Positions 19,009 through 28,109 of a DNA stretch of 52,316 bases are shown piece by piece. How positions within the stretch are numbered: position 1 is the first letter of the stretch; the number at the start of each line of letters is the position of its first letter. The notes beneath the pieces were generated by a model. The model was not told the DNA's origin. It was given only the letters and a program-made list of their open reading frames with translations, and made no database searches. Source of the DNA: Synechococcus sp. (GTDB taxonomy: Bacteria > Cyanobacteriota > Cyanobacteriia > Thermostichales > PCC-7336). A program made the position numbers and the translations under genes. The stretch spans positions 1-52,316 of the forward strand of contig JBFRWD010000005.1 in assembly GCA_051439425.1 (NCBI GenBank), in the 5' to 3' direction.

Positions 19009-21684
19009 CTACCTCGACTCTTTTTGGGGGAATGTCTGTTGAAGAAAGGCAATCGCATCCTCTCTGGATTGCAAGAGGCCATCCAGCGTGGCGTCTCTTA
19101 TCGCTTGCAGCAGGCGCTTGAATTCGGGACCTGGTGAATACCCCAGCATTTTGAGATCGTGACCGTTGATGGGAGCCTTTTGCTGCCGCCAATGAGTGAG
19201 GTAGTGCCACAAATGCTTGCGCATCCAGGTTTGTTGGCTAGCTGCGATCGACACGATTCCGGCAACCGGAATCCGATCGCCCCATCGTGCCACATCGCTG
19301 GGGGAGGACTTTGAGGATATCTGGGCGTGCAACTGTTGCTGCCAGGCGCCAAAGTGTCTTAATCGCTGCAACCCTTCGTGGGGCCAATCCAGGTACTCTG
19401 CCATCTCTGCAGCCCTCTCGCATTGTAGGATCAGGCATTCTAAACGCAACTGCCAGATATCCCGCTGTTGCATCTCCGAATACTGGCGAGAGAAGCGGTG
19501 GGTCCATGCCCCGACTCTCCTGAGATGTTGAATGGATGTGGGGGTGAGCTCTAAATCGGGATGCAAATAGTGCAAGGCTTCCAGGCGATCGAGCAAGCGC
19601 AGCCCTTGGGGCCAGTTGGGAGTTTCCAACAAATAGTGAAACTCTTGCTTGAGGCGGGCACCCTGTTCGCGGGCTACCCCGGATACGGATTGACCTTTCA
19701 CCAAACGACTGGCGGTGAGGGCATACTCTTGCGTGCGATCTCCCAGTGCAAAGCCGAGCCGCACCGCAAACCGCACTGCTCGAATCGTGCGGGTGGGATC
19801 TTCCACAAAACTATTGGGATGCAATACCCGCAATGTTTGGCGATCGAGGTCTTCCAACCCTCCGAAGAAATCTAAAATTTCCCCCGCCTGTGGCCCGTTT
19901 AACCTCAGTGCCAGCGCATTGATGGTGAAATCTCTGCGGTATAGATCCTGCTGAATCGAGCTGGCCGATACTTGCGGGAGGGCGGCAGGGTAGGGATAAA
20001 ACTCCGTGCGGGCGGTGGCGATGTCAATCCACAATCCATCCGGCCAGATCAACGCTGCCGTCTGAAATTTGCCGTGAACCTCCAATCTGGCTTCGGGATA
20101 AACCTCCAATAGTTTTTGAGCTAGGCGCACCCCCCACCCCTCTGGCTCCGGTTCCTCGCTTCCAGTCGGATGACAGCCATCCACCACTAAATCGAGATCG
20201 TCAGTTGGACGGTCAAGCAATAAATCCCGCACGGTGCCCCCGACAACGTAAAGGTCGAGATTCAATGCATCGGCAGCTCTAGCCCCCTCTTGCAAAATGT
20301 CCCAGTAGCGCTCGGACAGCATTTGCTGCAGCTTCACCTGCAAGCGATCGACTACGACCTCTGGACGATGGGCGGGAGACAGATCGTGCATTTGCCGCAG
20401 CACATCCGTTCGGGTGACGATGCCGATGAGATTGCCGCTATCCAAGACCGGTAGACGACCAATATCTCGCTTCAGCATTAAGTATTGAATGTCGCGTAAG
20501 GAGGTTGAGGGCTGGATGTGATAGACAGGAGAGCTCATGTAACCCTTGACGGGGGCATGACCGAACCCGTGGTGCAGCGCCAGGTCGACGTCTCTGCGAG
20601 AAACTACCCCCACCAGTTCGTCCTGTGTATCCACCACCGATAGCCCCGAGTGGCCGTAGCGCAACAGTACCCTCTGAGCTTCGTCAATCGTTGTATCCGG
20701 GCGAATGGTGCGGACGGGGGAAGACATCAGTTCTGCTGCGACGATCGGGTGGGGAATGCGATCGCGCAGTAACTGGCGAATGTCGCGTGCCAGGGTCTCT
20801 AATTCTTGTGGTTCGCTAACTTTGATCGAGGCAGAGGCTGCCCGTGCATGACCGCCTCCACCGTAAAGTTTCATGATGGTTTGCAGTTGGGCAAAGTCGT
20901 GCTGAGCCCGCCCGATCAGGCTTGTACGCTTCCCTTGACAGGCGATGGTAACCAACACATCGATATCGGTCAGCTCCATCAACCGCTCTACAATCCCCGA
21001 CAGTCCTCGAATATAGTCGTCCTCTTGCAGCACCCACACCAAGACGCGATAGCCCAAGATATCTTCGGAGGTATTGGAGGCGGCCTCCAGACCACGAGCC
21101 AATAATTCTTGATTGTGGGGGGTGAGACCGCGATCGATGTAGGTGGATAAGACATCTAGATTGGCTCCTCGCTCCATTAGCCAGGCTAGTGCTCTAGCGT
21201 CTCGAGGCGAGCTATTGCCAAAGGTGAGCGAGCCAGTATCCACATGAATCCCCAGCGCCAGTGCCGTGACTTCAAATGGGCTCAGTTCTAGCTGCTGTTG
21301 CTGCAAGCGTTCCACCATCAGGGTGGATGTGGCTCCGACGGGCTCCACGCACCACAGGTCAGTGTCGTAATCGGGTGATCGCGGATTGGGGTGGTGGTCG
21401 TAGACATGAACCACTACATCCTCTCGGTACACCCACGCCGAGGCAGACCCAAATCGCTGCGGAGACTGGGCATCAACTAAGATAATTCGCTGCAAAGATT
21501 GCTCGTCCACCGATCGCTGTTCTACTAGTGGATAGGCATCGCGGTGCAGAGCCAAGAAGTCTTTCACGGTGCGATGAGCCCCTCCCGTCAGCACAATGCG
21601 TGCACCTGGATACAGCCGAGCAGCTCCGACTGCTGCCCCCAGCGCATCGAAGTCAGCAGTTTCGTGACAGAGAATAACGTCCAT
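19009..21684 (-). CDS. DHH-DHHA1-CBS-nucleotidyltransferase fusion (A-adding tRNA nucleotidyltransferase type)
   Basis: CH.TADFDALGA, YDHH, GGGHARAAS, two CBS domains, VGGTVRDLLL..DLDLVV, DLYRRDFTINALA, EDPTR; start moved to ATG 21684. Confidence 0.9.
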   Translation of the reverse strand: MDVILCHETADFDALGAAVGAARLYPGARIVLTGGAHRTVKDFLALHRDAYPLVEQRSVDEQSLQRIILVDAQSPQRFGSASAWVYREDVVVHVYDHHPNPRSPDYDTDLWCVEPVGATSTLMVERLQQQQLELSPFEVTALALGIHVDTGSLTFGNSSPRDARALAWLMERGANLDVLSTYIDRGLTPHNQELLARGLEAASNTSEDILGYRVLVWVLQEDDYIRGLSGIVERLMELTDIDVLVTIACQGKRTSLIGRAQHDFAQLQTIMKLYGGGGHARAASASIKVSEPQELETLARDIRQLLRDRIPHPIVAAELMSSPVRTIRPDTTIDEAQRVLLRYGHSGLSVVDTQDELVGVVSRRDVDLALHHGFGHAPVKGYMSSPVYHIQPSTSLRDIQYLMLKRDIGRLPVLDSGNLIGIVTRTDVLRQMHDLSPAHRPEVVVDRLQVKLQQMLSERYWDILQEGARAADALNLDLYVVGGTVRDLLLDRPTDDLDLVVDGCHPTGSEEPEPEGWGVRLAQKLLEVYPEARLEVHGKFQTAALIWPDGLWIDIATARTEFYPYPAALPQVSASSIQQDLYRRDFTINALALRLNGPQAGEILDFFGGLEDLDRQTLRVLHPNSFVEDPTRTIRAVRFAVRLGFALGDRTQEYALTASRLVKGQSVSGVAREQGARLKQEFHYLLETPNWPQGLRLLDRLEALHYLHPDLELTPTSIQHLRRVGAWTHRFSRQYSEMQQRDIWQLRLECLILQCERAAEMAEYLDWPHEGLQRLRHFGAWQQQLHAQISSKSSPSDVARWGDRIPVAGIVSIAASQQTWMRKHLWHYLTHWRQQKAPINGHDLKMLGYSPGPEFKRLLQAIRDATLDGLLQSREDAIAFLQQTFPQKESR

Positions 21685-21870
21685 AGATGAGTGCGATCGC
21701 GCGAAGCAGCTACCTAGATTCTTGCACTTGCTATTGTGGGGCGAGGCAATCTTGTTGGCATCGCTCGTGAACGGACTTGAATGACTGCCAAAGTTCGCGC
21801 CCTGCTTCTGGGAAACAGGGCGCGAACTTTGGAGAGGAAGTATGAACAAGTTTGAGTAGAGGTCGGACGG

Positions 21871-22242
21871 TTAATATACTCCAGACTCGCTGCTGGAAGA
21901 GTTGGCTTCTACTTTTTGCAGGAACTCTGGCCGGAAGTTTTTGTTGTAGACTCCAGACTCGCTACTGGAGGAGTTAGCGTCTACTTTTTGTAAGAACTCG
22001 GGGCGGAAATTTTTGTTGTAAACGCCGTTTTCGCTGCTGGCAGAGTTGGCGTCTACTTTTTGTAGGAAGTCAGGGCGGAAGTTCTTTCGCTCGACTCCAG
22101 ACTTGCTACTGCTGCCACGCTCTTCCAGACGGTCTAACGTTTCCAGAATTGATGCGTTAGCGGGAGCAGGAGATGCGGCTGCTACAACGGCAACGGCGGC
22201 AATTGCAAAGGTTGCTGCAGAGAGAGTTTTGAAAGCATTCAT
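21871..22242 (-). CDS. Secreted tandem-repeat polypeptide (signal peptide plus 3 conserved and 1 degenerate 24-aa units); putative multi-cassette propeptide
   Basis: Signal MNAFKTLSAATFAIAAVAVVAAASPAPANA; units xKNFRP(D/E)FLQKV(D/E)ANSxSSExGVY; AGGA RBS upstream; repeats differ almost only at synonymous sites. Confidence 0.85.
   Translation of the reverse strand: MNAFKTLSAATFAIAAVAVVAAASPAPANASILETLDRLEERGSSSKSGVERKNFRPDFLQKVDANSASSENGVYNKNFRPEFLQKVDANSSSSESGVYNKNFRPEFLQKVEANSSSSESGVY
21874..22089 (-). repeat. Three 72-bp coding tandem repeats
   Basis: Units 21874-21945, 21946-22017 and 22018-22089, read directly from the sequence. Confidence 0.9.
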
Positions 22243-22828
22243 GGCAGTATGTCCTGAGGGTTAGGAGGAATTGGTGTGGAGACGAAAAGTGCGAATCACT
22301 GCTTTTCCTGACACCATTTAGTAAACGTGGGGCAACTGAGACGCTCCCGAAGTACTTCCCTGCATTCGATAAAGGCTCGGTTAGCGATCGCTTCGGTGCC
22401 TCTCAGCTGTCTCTCAGTCCATAAATCTCCTTTGCTCTGTCAAGAGAATTTGAGATGGCCCGATCGCTCAACCCCCCTGCCTAGAGGCAGAGCATTGGGG
22501 AAATCAACAGATCCAGGACATGTTGGCCAAAACCTTGGCAAAGACGATCGGTGATAAAGATTGCCCGTAGTAGAGCTACATCAAGCTGATTCGCATGTAG
22601 GTTAGGGGTATTGTGATGTTGGTTTCGGCCTCAAACGTTCTCCCCCAGAATGGTCTGTTCCATTTCACTTGCGTGCGCGTAATTCCTCCATTCGGGCTGA
22701 AGGTATGAAGCGGCGAATGGTAATTTCCGTTCAAGGGAAACCTTGACCTAGTCACACCTATTTCAATCGTCTAGATACCGGCTCGATACCTGTTTGATTC
22801 ACGCTGTTTCGTACCTCATTGACGTACC

Positions 22829-23722
22829 GTGGGTGACACCCTAACCGTTCTATTTGCCGATGTTTGCGACAGTACGTCACTGTACGAGACCCTGGGCAAC
22901 CAAGATGCCCAGAGAGCTATTGGTGCATCGCTGTTGCAGATAGCGGCGATCGTGCAAGATTACCAAGGACGCACGATTAAAATGTTAGGAGACGGTGTTC
23001 TGGCTGTTTTCGAAAGTCCTTCAGATGCTTGCCAAGCGGCAACTACCATGCAGCGCCAACTCTCCGAGTACTTTCGAGCTGGCGGTATTCGTTCCGGTAT
23101 TAAAGTCGGTCTGAACCAAGGGGCTGTGGTTTGCGATGGTGGCGATGTGTTTGGCGATGCAGTTAATGTGGCTGCTCGACTGGGAGAAACCGCCAAAATC
23201 GACCAAATCTTAACGACCAAGTCGACAGTATCTGCTCTGGATAGTTCGTGGTCCATGTTGGTGCGCGCTGTCGATCGCCTCTATGTGAAGGGGCGACGAC
23301 AGCGAGTCGATGTCTGCGAACTGATTTGGAAACAGGAAGGGCTGACGGTTGCTCGGTTTTCTGCTCCTCCGTCAATAGCGCAGTCTCCCCAGCTGGTTTT
23401 GAGTGTAGGAGAGTTGGAAATTGTTACCGAACGGCAGCGACCGACGCTGACTATTGGCCGTGATGCTGACAATGACCTGACGGTTGAAAGCGATCTGGCG
23501 TCCCGCCATCACGCCCGAATTGAATATCGTCGCAGTCGGTTTTATCTGGTCGATCGCAGCACCAACGGTACGTATATTTATCTGACCTCCACCCCCCCCG
23601 TGTTCGTTCGCTGGGAGGAAGTGATTTTGAAGGGGCAGGGGTGGTTGGGATTGGGGGAAGAAGTGGATGCAGATGCTCCCCAAGCCATCCGTTTTCAGAC
23701 TCAAATGTCTCCTCAAACCTAA
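22829..23722 (+). CDS. Class III adenylate cyclase with C-terminal FHA domain
   Basis: LFADVCDST, KMLGDG, DVFGDAVNVAARL (K/D pair typical of ATP-specific cyclases); FHA motifs IGR, SRHHARI, D.STNGTY. Confidence 0.9.
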   Translation: MGDTLTVLFADVCDSTSLYETLGNQDAQRAIGASLLQIAAIVQDYQGRTIKMLGDGVLAVFESPSDACQAATTMQRQLSEYFRAGGIRSGIKVGLNQGAVVCDGGDVFGDAVNVAARLGETAKIDQILTTKSTVSALDSSWSMLVRAVDRLYVKGRRQRVDVCELIWKQEGLTVARFSAPPSIAQSPQLVLSVGELEIVTERQRPTLTIGRDADNDLTVESDLASRHHARIEYRRSRFYLVDRSTNGTYIYLTSTPPVFVRWEEVILKGQGWLGLGEEVDADAPQAIRFQTQMSPQT

Positions 23723-23890
23723 GCGCAATGAGCGTTTGGCAGTGTTTAATGATAATCGGGCTGGCAGCGTATGCCCTCGATGGTCGAGCTTTCTGTCTGC
23801 GAGTCTTTGGTGTAGCGCTTTGTTTTGCGCAATACGCGGCAAGTATCTTTGTATCTACGACATAATTAGGCTCAGCCCTCGCAAAATTTA

Positions 23891-24859
23891 ATGGCTACAT
23901 TTCAATTACGTTCCGCTACTCCTAGCGATACGGTCACGATTTTTCAGTTAATTCAAATGCTGGCGGAGTACGAGAAGTTGGCCCACGAGGTCGTCGGTAC
24001 TCCAGAGATGCTTCAGACGGCCCTATTTGGTGAGCGGCCGTCTGCTGAAGTTCTGCTGGCAGATGTTGAGGGTGAAGCGGCTGGCTTCGCACTCTTTTTT
24101 CCCACCTACTCGTCCTTTGAAGGGAGGCCGGGACTGTATCTAGAGGATTTATTCGTGCGCCCCGAGTTTCGCCGACAGGGGGTTGCTAAAGCGCTGCTCA
24201 GCCGGCTGGCCAAGTTGGTTTTAGAGCGTCAGGGAACGCGGTTGGAATGGTCTGTCTTGGATTGGAATACTCCGGCGATTGATTTCTACAAGCGCATTGG
24301 AGCAGAGCAGTTAAGCCATCGCTGTTTGTATCGGCTGACGGGAGAGCCTCTTGCTTTGCTGTCAGAGCAGGGGCGAACTCAGGTGGTGCGTGCCCCCCAA
24401 CCGAGAGATGTGAGGGCTATGGTGTCAGTATTGCAATTGAATGCAGAGATGCACGGGATGGGCGATCGCTTTTTTTTGACCCCTGAGGTTTTGGATCGAG
24501 CAATCTTCGGGGCTCCTCCCGCGTTGGAGATGCTAATCGCTCAAGGGGAGTTTGAGATTTGCGGCGGGGGAGCCTACTCCACCACTTTCTCGACGTTTTT
24601 GACGCAAGCGGGTATTCGGTTGGATGATTTGCTGATTCAGCCGAGTTACCGACGCCAGGGATACGGAACTTCGCTGCTGGTCCAACTCGCTCGCATCGCA
24701 GTTAAACGTCAGGCAGGCCGATTAGAGTGGCACGTGTATCGGGATAACCATGAAGCAATTGCCTTTTATCAGCAACTAGGTGCGGAACAACTGCCAGAAT
24801 GGATACCGAACCGAGTTAGTGATCGCGCGTTAGTCAATCTAGCCCGTGGAATACTGTAA
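23891..24859 (+). CDS. Tandem GNAT acetyltransferase (two diamine/polyamine N-acetyltransferase-like domains)
   Basis: LAEYEK, GLYLEDLFVRPEFRRQGVA, RLEWSVLDWNTPAIDFY; second copy LDDLLIQPSYRRQGYG, RLEWHV..N..AIAFY. Confidence 0.88.
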   Translation: MATFQLRSATPSDTVTIFQLIQMLAEYEKLAHEVVGTPEMLQTALFGERPSAEVLLADVEGEAAGFALFFPTYSSFEGRPGLYLEDLFVRPEFRRQGVAKALLSRLAKLVLERQGTRLEWSVLDWNTPAIDFYKRIGAEQLSHRCLYRLTGEPLALLSEQGRTQVVRAPQPRDVRAMVSVLQLNAEMHGMGDRFFLTPEVLDRAIFGAPPALEMLIAQGEFEICGGGAYSTTFSTFLTQAGIRLDDLLIQPSYRRQGYGTSLLVQLARIAVKRQAGRLEWHVYRDNHEAIAFYQQLGAEQLPEWIPNRVSDRALVNLARGIL

Positions 24860-24964
24860 TGTGCTGGCCGTTGATGGTCTGGCATATTCTGTCAATCAAC
24901 GTTTTTTATCGTGCCAAGCTAGTTCGGTGTTTTGTTCCTTTTGAATGGCCATCCGTAAAACACT

Positions 24965-25291
24965 ATGAAAGGCCCGTCGTTTCCCCTCTACCGTTGGTTT
25001 CGCCAAGGCATTCGCAACCCAGCAACTCGCCAGTGGGTGATTGCTGGTGTGTTGCTGTATCTGGTCAGCCCAATTGATATCGTGCCATCGTTCTTTCCGG
25101 GGGTGGGGGAGATTGACGATGTCGTATTAGTCGGACTATTGCTCTCGGAATTAGCTCAAGTGTGGTGGGGTAATAAAGTAAGTCCTGGTGTTGACCCTGA
25201 AGGCGCGGAGCCGGAAGCACCCAACAAAAGCGCATCCGCTTCGACTAGCAGCACGGTCGTGGATGTTGATGCTGTGGCGATTGATGAATAG
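24965..25291 (+). CDS. YkvA / DUF1232 family membrane protein
   Basis: LLYLVSPIDIVP..FPGVGEIDD signature. Confidence 0.88.
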   Translation: MKGPSFPLYRWFRQGIRNPATRQWVIAGVLLYLVSPIDIVPSFFPGVGEIDDVVLVGLLLSELAQVWWGNKVSPGVDPEGAEPEAPNKSASASTSSTVVDVDAVAIDE

Positions 25292-25320
25292 CCAGCACCA
25301 AATGTTTGTGCTCTACGGAA

Positions 25321-25377
25321 CTAACCAACTTCTTTCGTTAACCGACTTGTTTAGTTAACCGACTTGTTTAGTTAACC
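25321..25377. repeat. 17-bp tandem repeat (2 perfect units plus partial and degenerate units)
   Basis: GTTAACCGACTTGTTTA at 25337-25353 and 25354-25370, GTTAACC at 25371-25377; overlaps the stop of the TauE gene. Confidence 0.8.
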
Positions 25378-26135
25378 AAAGACGCCAACACCTGTTGTCC
25401 TACTCCCAGAAGTTCCCGTTGTTGCCAAACGAGATACACGCCGGCAAAGGAAATAAAGGCAAACGCGCATTTGCGAAAACTGGCGTCATTCATTTGTTCT
25501 AGGACCGCCCGACCGAGCCAATTTCCGGGAACGGCGGCCAAGCCTATCGCCAATCCGTAGCCTAAATACTCGGGACTCATGATGCCGAAGGCACAGTAGA
25601 AGGCGATTTTGACGGTGTGCATAAACACTTGGTTGGCAGACTTGGTAGAAATCATGGCTTCTTTAGAGAGGCCGTATCCCAAGTACAGGACGTTCAGCAG
25701 CGGCCCAGCCGTACCGACCAAGCCGGATAAACAGGAATAGCCCATACCAGCAGGTAGGAAGTGCCATCCCTTCACCCGAGGGGATGTTGGTTTGTCTCCT
25801 CCAAACATGCCGAGGGCTGACAGGATTAATACTACTCCCAGCAATAGACCGATCCATTCGGTTTGCACTCTAGAAACGGCCCAAGCTCCCAAACCAGCCC
25901 CGACTACCGAGCCGGGAATAAACCACGACACGACGCGGCGATCGATATCCTGCCAGTACAGGACGATCCGATGGCCATTCCCCATCAACATGCCGACGGT
26001 CAAAATAGGGGCTACTGCTTGGATTCCCAGGAAACAACTGACGAGGGGAATTAGCACAACAGAGCTGCCGCATCCCGTGATGCTGCTAACCAACCAACTG
26101 GCACAACTCGCCAAACACAACCAAACTAAGGGCAT
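25368..26135 (-). CDS. TauE/SafE (TSUP) sulfite-exporter family permease
   Basis: G.GSSVVLIP, SGLVGTAGP, about 8 TM segments. Confidence 0.85.
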   Translation of the reverse strand: MPLVWLCLASCASWLVSSITGCGSSVVLIPLVSCFLGIQAVAPILTVGMLMGNGHRIVLYWQDIDRRVVSWFIPGSVVGAGLGAWAVSRVQTEWIGLLLGVVLILSALGMFGGDKPTSPRVKGWHFLPAGMGYSCLSGLVGTAGPLLNVLYLGYGLSKEAMISTKSANQVFMHTVKIAFYCAFGIMSPEYLGYGLAIGLAAVPGNWLGRAVLEQMNDASFRKCAFAFISFAGVYLVWQQRELLGVGQQVLASLVN

Positions 26136-26202
26136 CTCTCCGGGTTAACAAGACCTTAAGAGAAGGATAACAGACGGATTGAGGGGCTATTGGAGTGATG
26201 TC

Positions 26203-26237
26203 AAAAAAACAATGGGCTCGGCCAATGGCCGGGCCCA
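26203..26237 (-). terminator. Intrinsic terminator of the ndhF3-ndhD3-cupA-cupS operon
   Basis: TGGGCTCGGCC-AAT-GGCCGGGCCCA hairpin preceded on + by an A7 run (U-tail on the minus strand). Confidence 0.7.
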
Positions 26238-26289
26238 CAAGTGCTCTGCGATGCTAAAGGTACTGATGTTCTTTCAAGGGAGGACGGAT

Positions 26290-26694
26290 TTATCCCATCA
26301 AGATGACCCGATCCAAGACATGAATGATGCCGTTGTCGGCTTCAATATCTGCTGCCACTACACCAGAGTTCTTCACTTCGAACCCATCTTCTGTGACATG
26401 GATTGGAATGACAGAGCCCTCAACCGAGGTAATGCTGTCTAACTTCACCAAGTCTGCCTGAGTGTATTTCCCGGCCGCCACATGAAAGGTGAGGATACGG
26501 GCGAGTTGAGGGATGTTTTGCACCAGAGTTTGTATGGTGCCAGGAGGCAACTGGGCAAAGGCTTCATCTGTGGGGGCAAACACCGTGAAGGGGCCGGGAC
26601 TTTTGAGCGTATCCACTAAGTCTGCAGCCTTGACTGCAGTGACCAGTGTTTCGAAGCCTTCAGTCCCTACAGCAATATCGACAATGTCTGCCAT
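26290..26694 (-). CDS. cupS: Fasciclin-domain protein CupS
   Basis: [25 protein letters not shown]; immediately downstream of cupA. Confidence 0.9.
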   Translation of the reverse strand: MADIVDIAVGTEGFETLVTAVKAADLVDTLKSPGPFTVFAPTDEAFAQLPPGTIQTLVQNIPQLARILTFHVAAGKYTQADLVKLDSITSVEGSVIPIHVTEDGFEVKNSGVVAADIEADNGIIHVLDRVILMG

Positions 26695-26735
26695 TGAATC
26701 AACTCGCGAATCAGAAGTGGTTTGGAAAAGAGGAG

Positions 26736-28046
26736 TTATCGATAGTCCTGGCGTTGGATATCCCGGAGGCGGGCTTCAGGACGCTTAAAGCGATCGAGCT
26801 GAGCCTCGAAAAACGCGCGATTTGCCTTCAGGTGCTCGGGGTTGGGGTCATCCAGCGGATAGAGCAGGGCCGTACGCAACGCCTGAATGACGGCTGAGGT
26901 AACGTTATACATCGATCGCTGGAAGGTAATTCCCAACTGAATCAACATGTCATCTTCGCCACGGCAGTGCTGTTTGTAGTAATCCACCAAGTACTGGGGT
27001 AAGAAGTGCAACATGTCTTGCATGAGCAATGTGGGAGGAATGCCAGCAGTTCCAACGGGAAAGACATCTGCGTACAAGATGCCGTAATGGAAGTCCTTTT
27101 GATCGTCGGGCACTTGACCGGCTTGGGCATTGTAAGACTTGGTGCCACGGAAGGGAGAGGTGCGGTAGAAAATGGCTTCTACGTAGGGCAATGCTGCTTC
27201 ATACAACCACATAAAACCCTTATCTTTTGGAATAATTTCGTAGCACTCGCCGCGAATGTAGACGTGGTGGTAGATGGGGCGTCCGGCGATCGCGAAAATG
27301 CCGTTCACCAAAAAGTCCATCGCATCCGATACGGTCTTGAACGCCCCTTCGTCGTACAAATCGGACATTTCGAAAAATACGGGAGCCATCACTTCCCAAA
27401 AGAGCCCCAAGTTGGAGTAGTAGGACATCTGCCGTACTTGCTCCAGGAACATGTCGGGGAACAGCTTGTATAGCCCCAACATGACCGGGTTGCCTTTGAA
27501 ATAGGCTTTGATAGCGCGATCGGCGTTGGCCTTATATTCCTCGGTGTCGAGATAGACGTCGAACTTATTCACCGGCGCGTACATATTCCGGTGCCAGAGC
27601 ATCGCTCGCATGCAGGCTTCGGCAAATTCCATATTGACGCGATCGTGCATCAAGTGGTGGAACAGCTTGGGTACCTTCTGCTTCAGTTCCCCCTGCTGCA
27701 TAAAGTCAATCAGCTCGGGATGGGCTGTGGCCTGCCCCCGCCAAATCTGCAGATCGGCGTCCTCGCCCGCATAGTGATTGGGCAGATCTAGATACTCCTT
27801 GGGCAAGAAGTATTTGAACGCAGGCAACGGATTGAGAAAGACCCGCTCGGCGATATAAAGCAAGTTGCGCCAGTAGAAATCCATCGGCACTGCATACGCC
27901 TTATAAATCCCGATGATTTGCATGAGATTTTCGGCGGATTCCGGCAACATCGAGCCGCCCGCTTCCAGACGATGAATGACCTCTGCAAACTCGTGGGTGG
28001 ACGGTGGTAGCTTGGTCTCTGATTTCGGAGAGGGGGCGGTCATCAT
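26736..28046 (-). CDS. cupA: CO2 hydration protein CupA (ChpY)
   Basis: [56 protein letters not shown]. Confidence 0.96.
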   Translation of the reverse strand: MMTAPSPKSETKLPPSTHEFAEVIHRLEAGGSMLPESAENLMQIIGIYKAYAVPMDFYWRNLLYIAERVFLNPLPAFKYFLPKEYLDLPNHYAGEDADLQIWRGQATAHPELIDFMQQGELKQKVPKLFHHLMHDRVNMEFAEACMRAMLWHRNMYAPVNKFDVYLDTEEYKANADRAIKAYFKGNPVMLGLYKLFPDMFLEQVRQMSYYSNLGLFWEVMAPVFFEMSDLYDEGAFKTVSDAMDFLVNGIFAIAGRPIYHHVYIRGECYEIIPKDKGFMWLYEAALPYVEAIFYRTSPFRGTKSYNAQAGQVPDDQKDFHYGILYADVFPVGTAGIPPTLLMQDMLHFLPQYLVDYYKQHCRGEDDMLIQLGITFQRSMYNVTSAVIQALRTALLYPLDDPNPEHLKANRAFFEAQLDRFKRPEARLRDIQRQDYR

Positions 28047-28109
28047 GGCAAGCAGGGGAAATAGGGCAAACAGATGTTAATCGGATGTTTGTTGTGAATA
28101 CGAGTGAGG

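Noticed and set aside
21685..21849. 55-aa N-terminal extension of the nucleotidyltransferase
   Set aside because: TTG start and non-conserved-looking sequence; the family pattern begins at MDVILCH (21684)
21874..22089. 72-bp repeats as a CRISPR array
   Set aside because: Units are contiguous with no unique spacers, are in frame and vary at synonymous sites; no cas genes
21871..22242. Cyanobactin (PatE-like) precursor, because VDAN...VYN loosely resembles GVDAS...SYD
   Set aside because: It has a Sec signal rather than a PatE leader, and there are no PatA/PatG proteases or YcaO genes in the window
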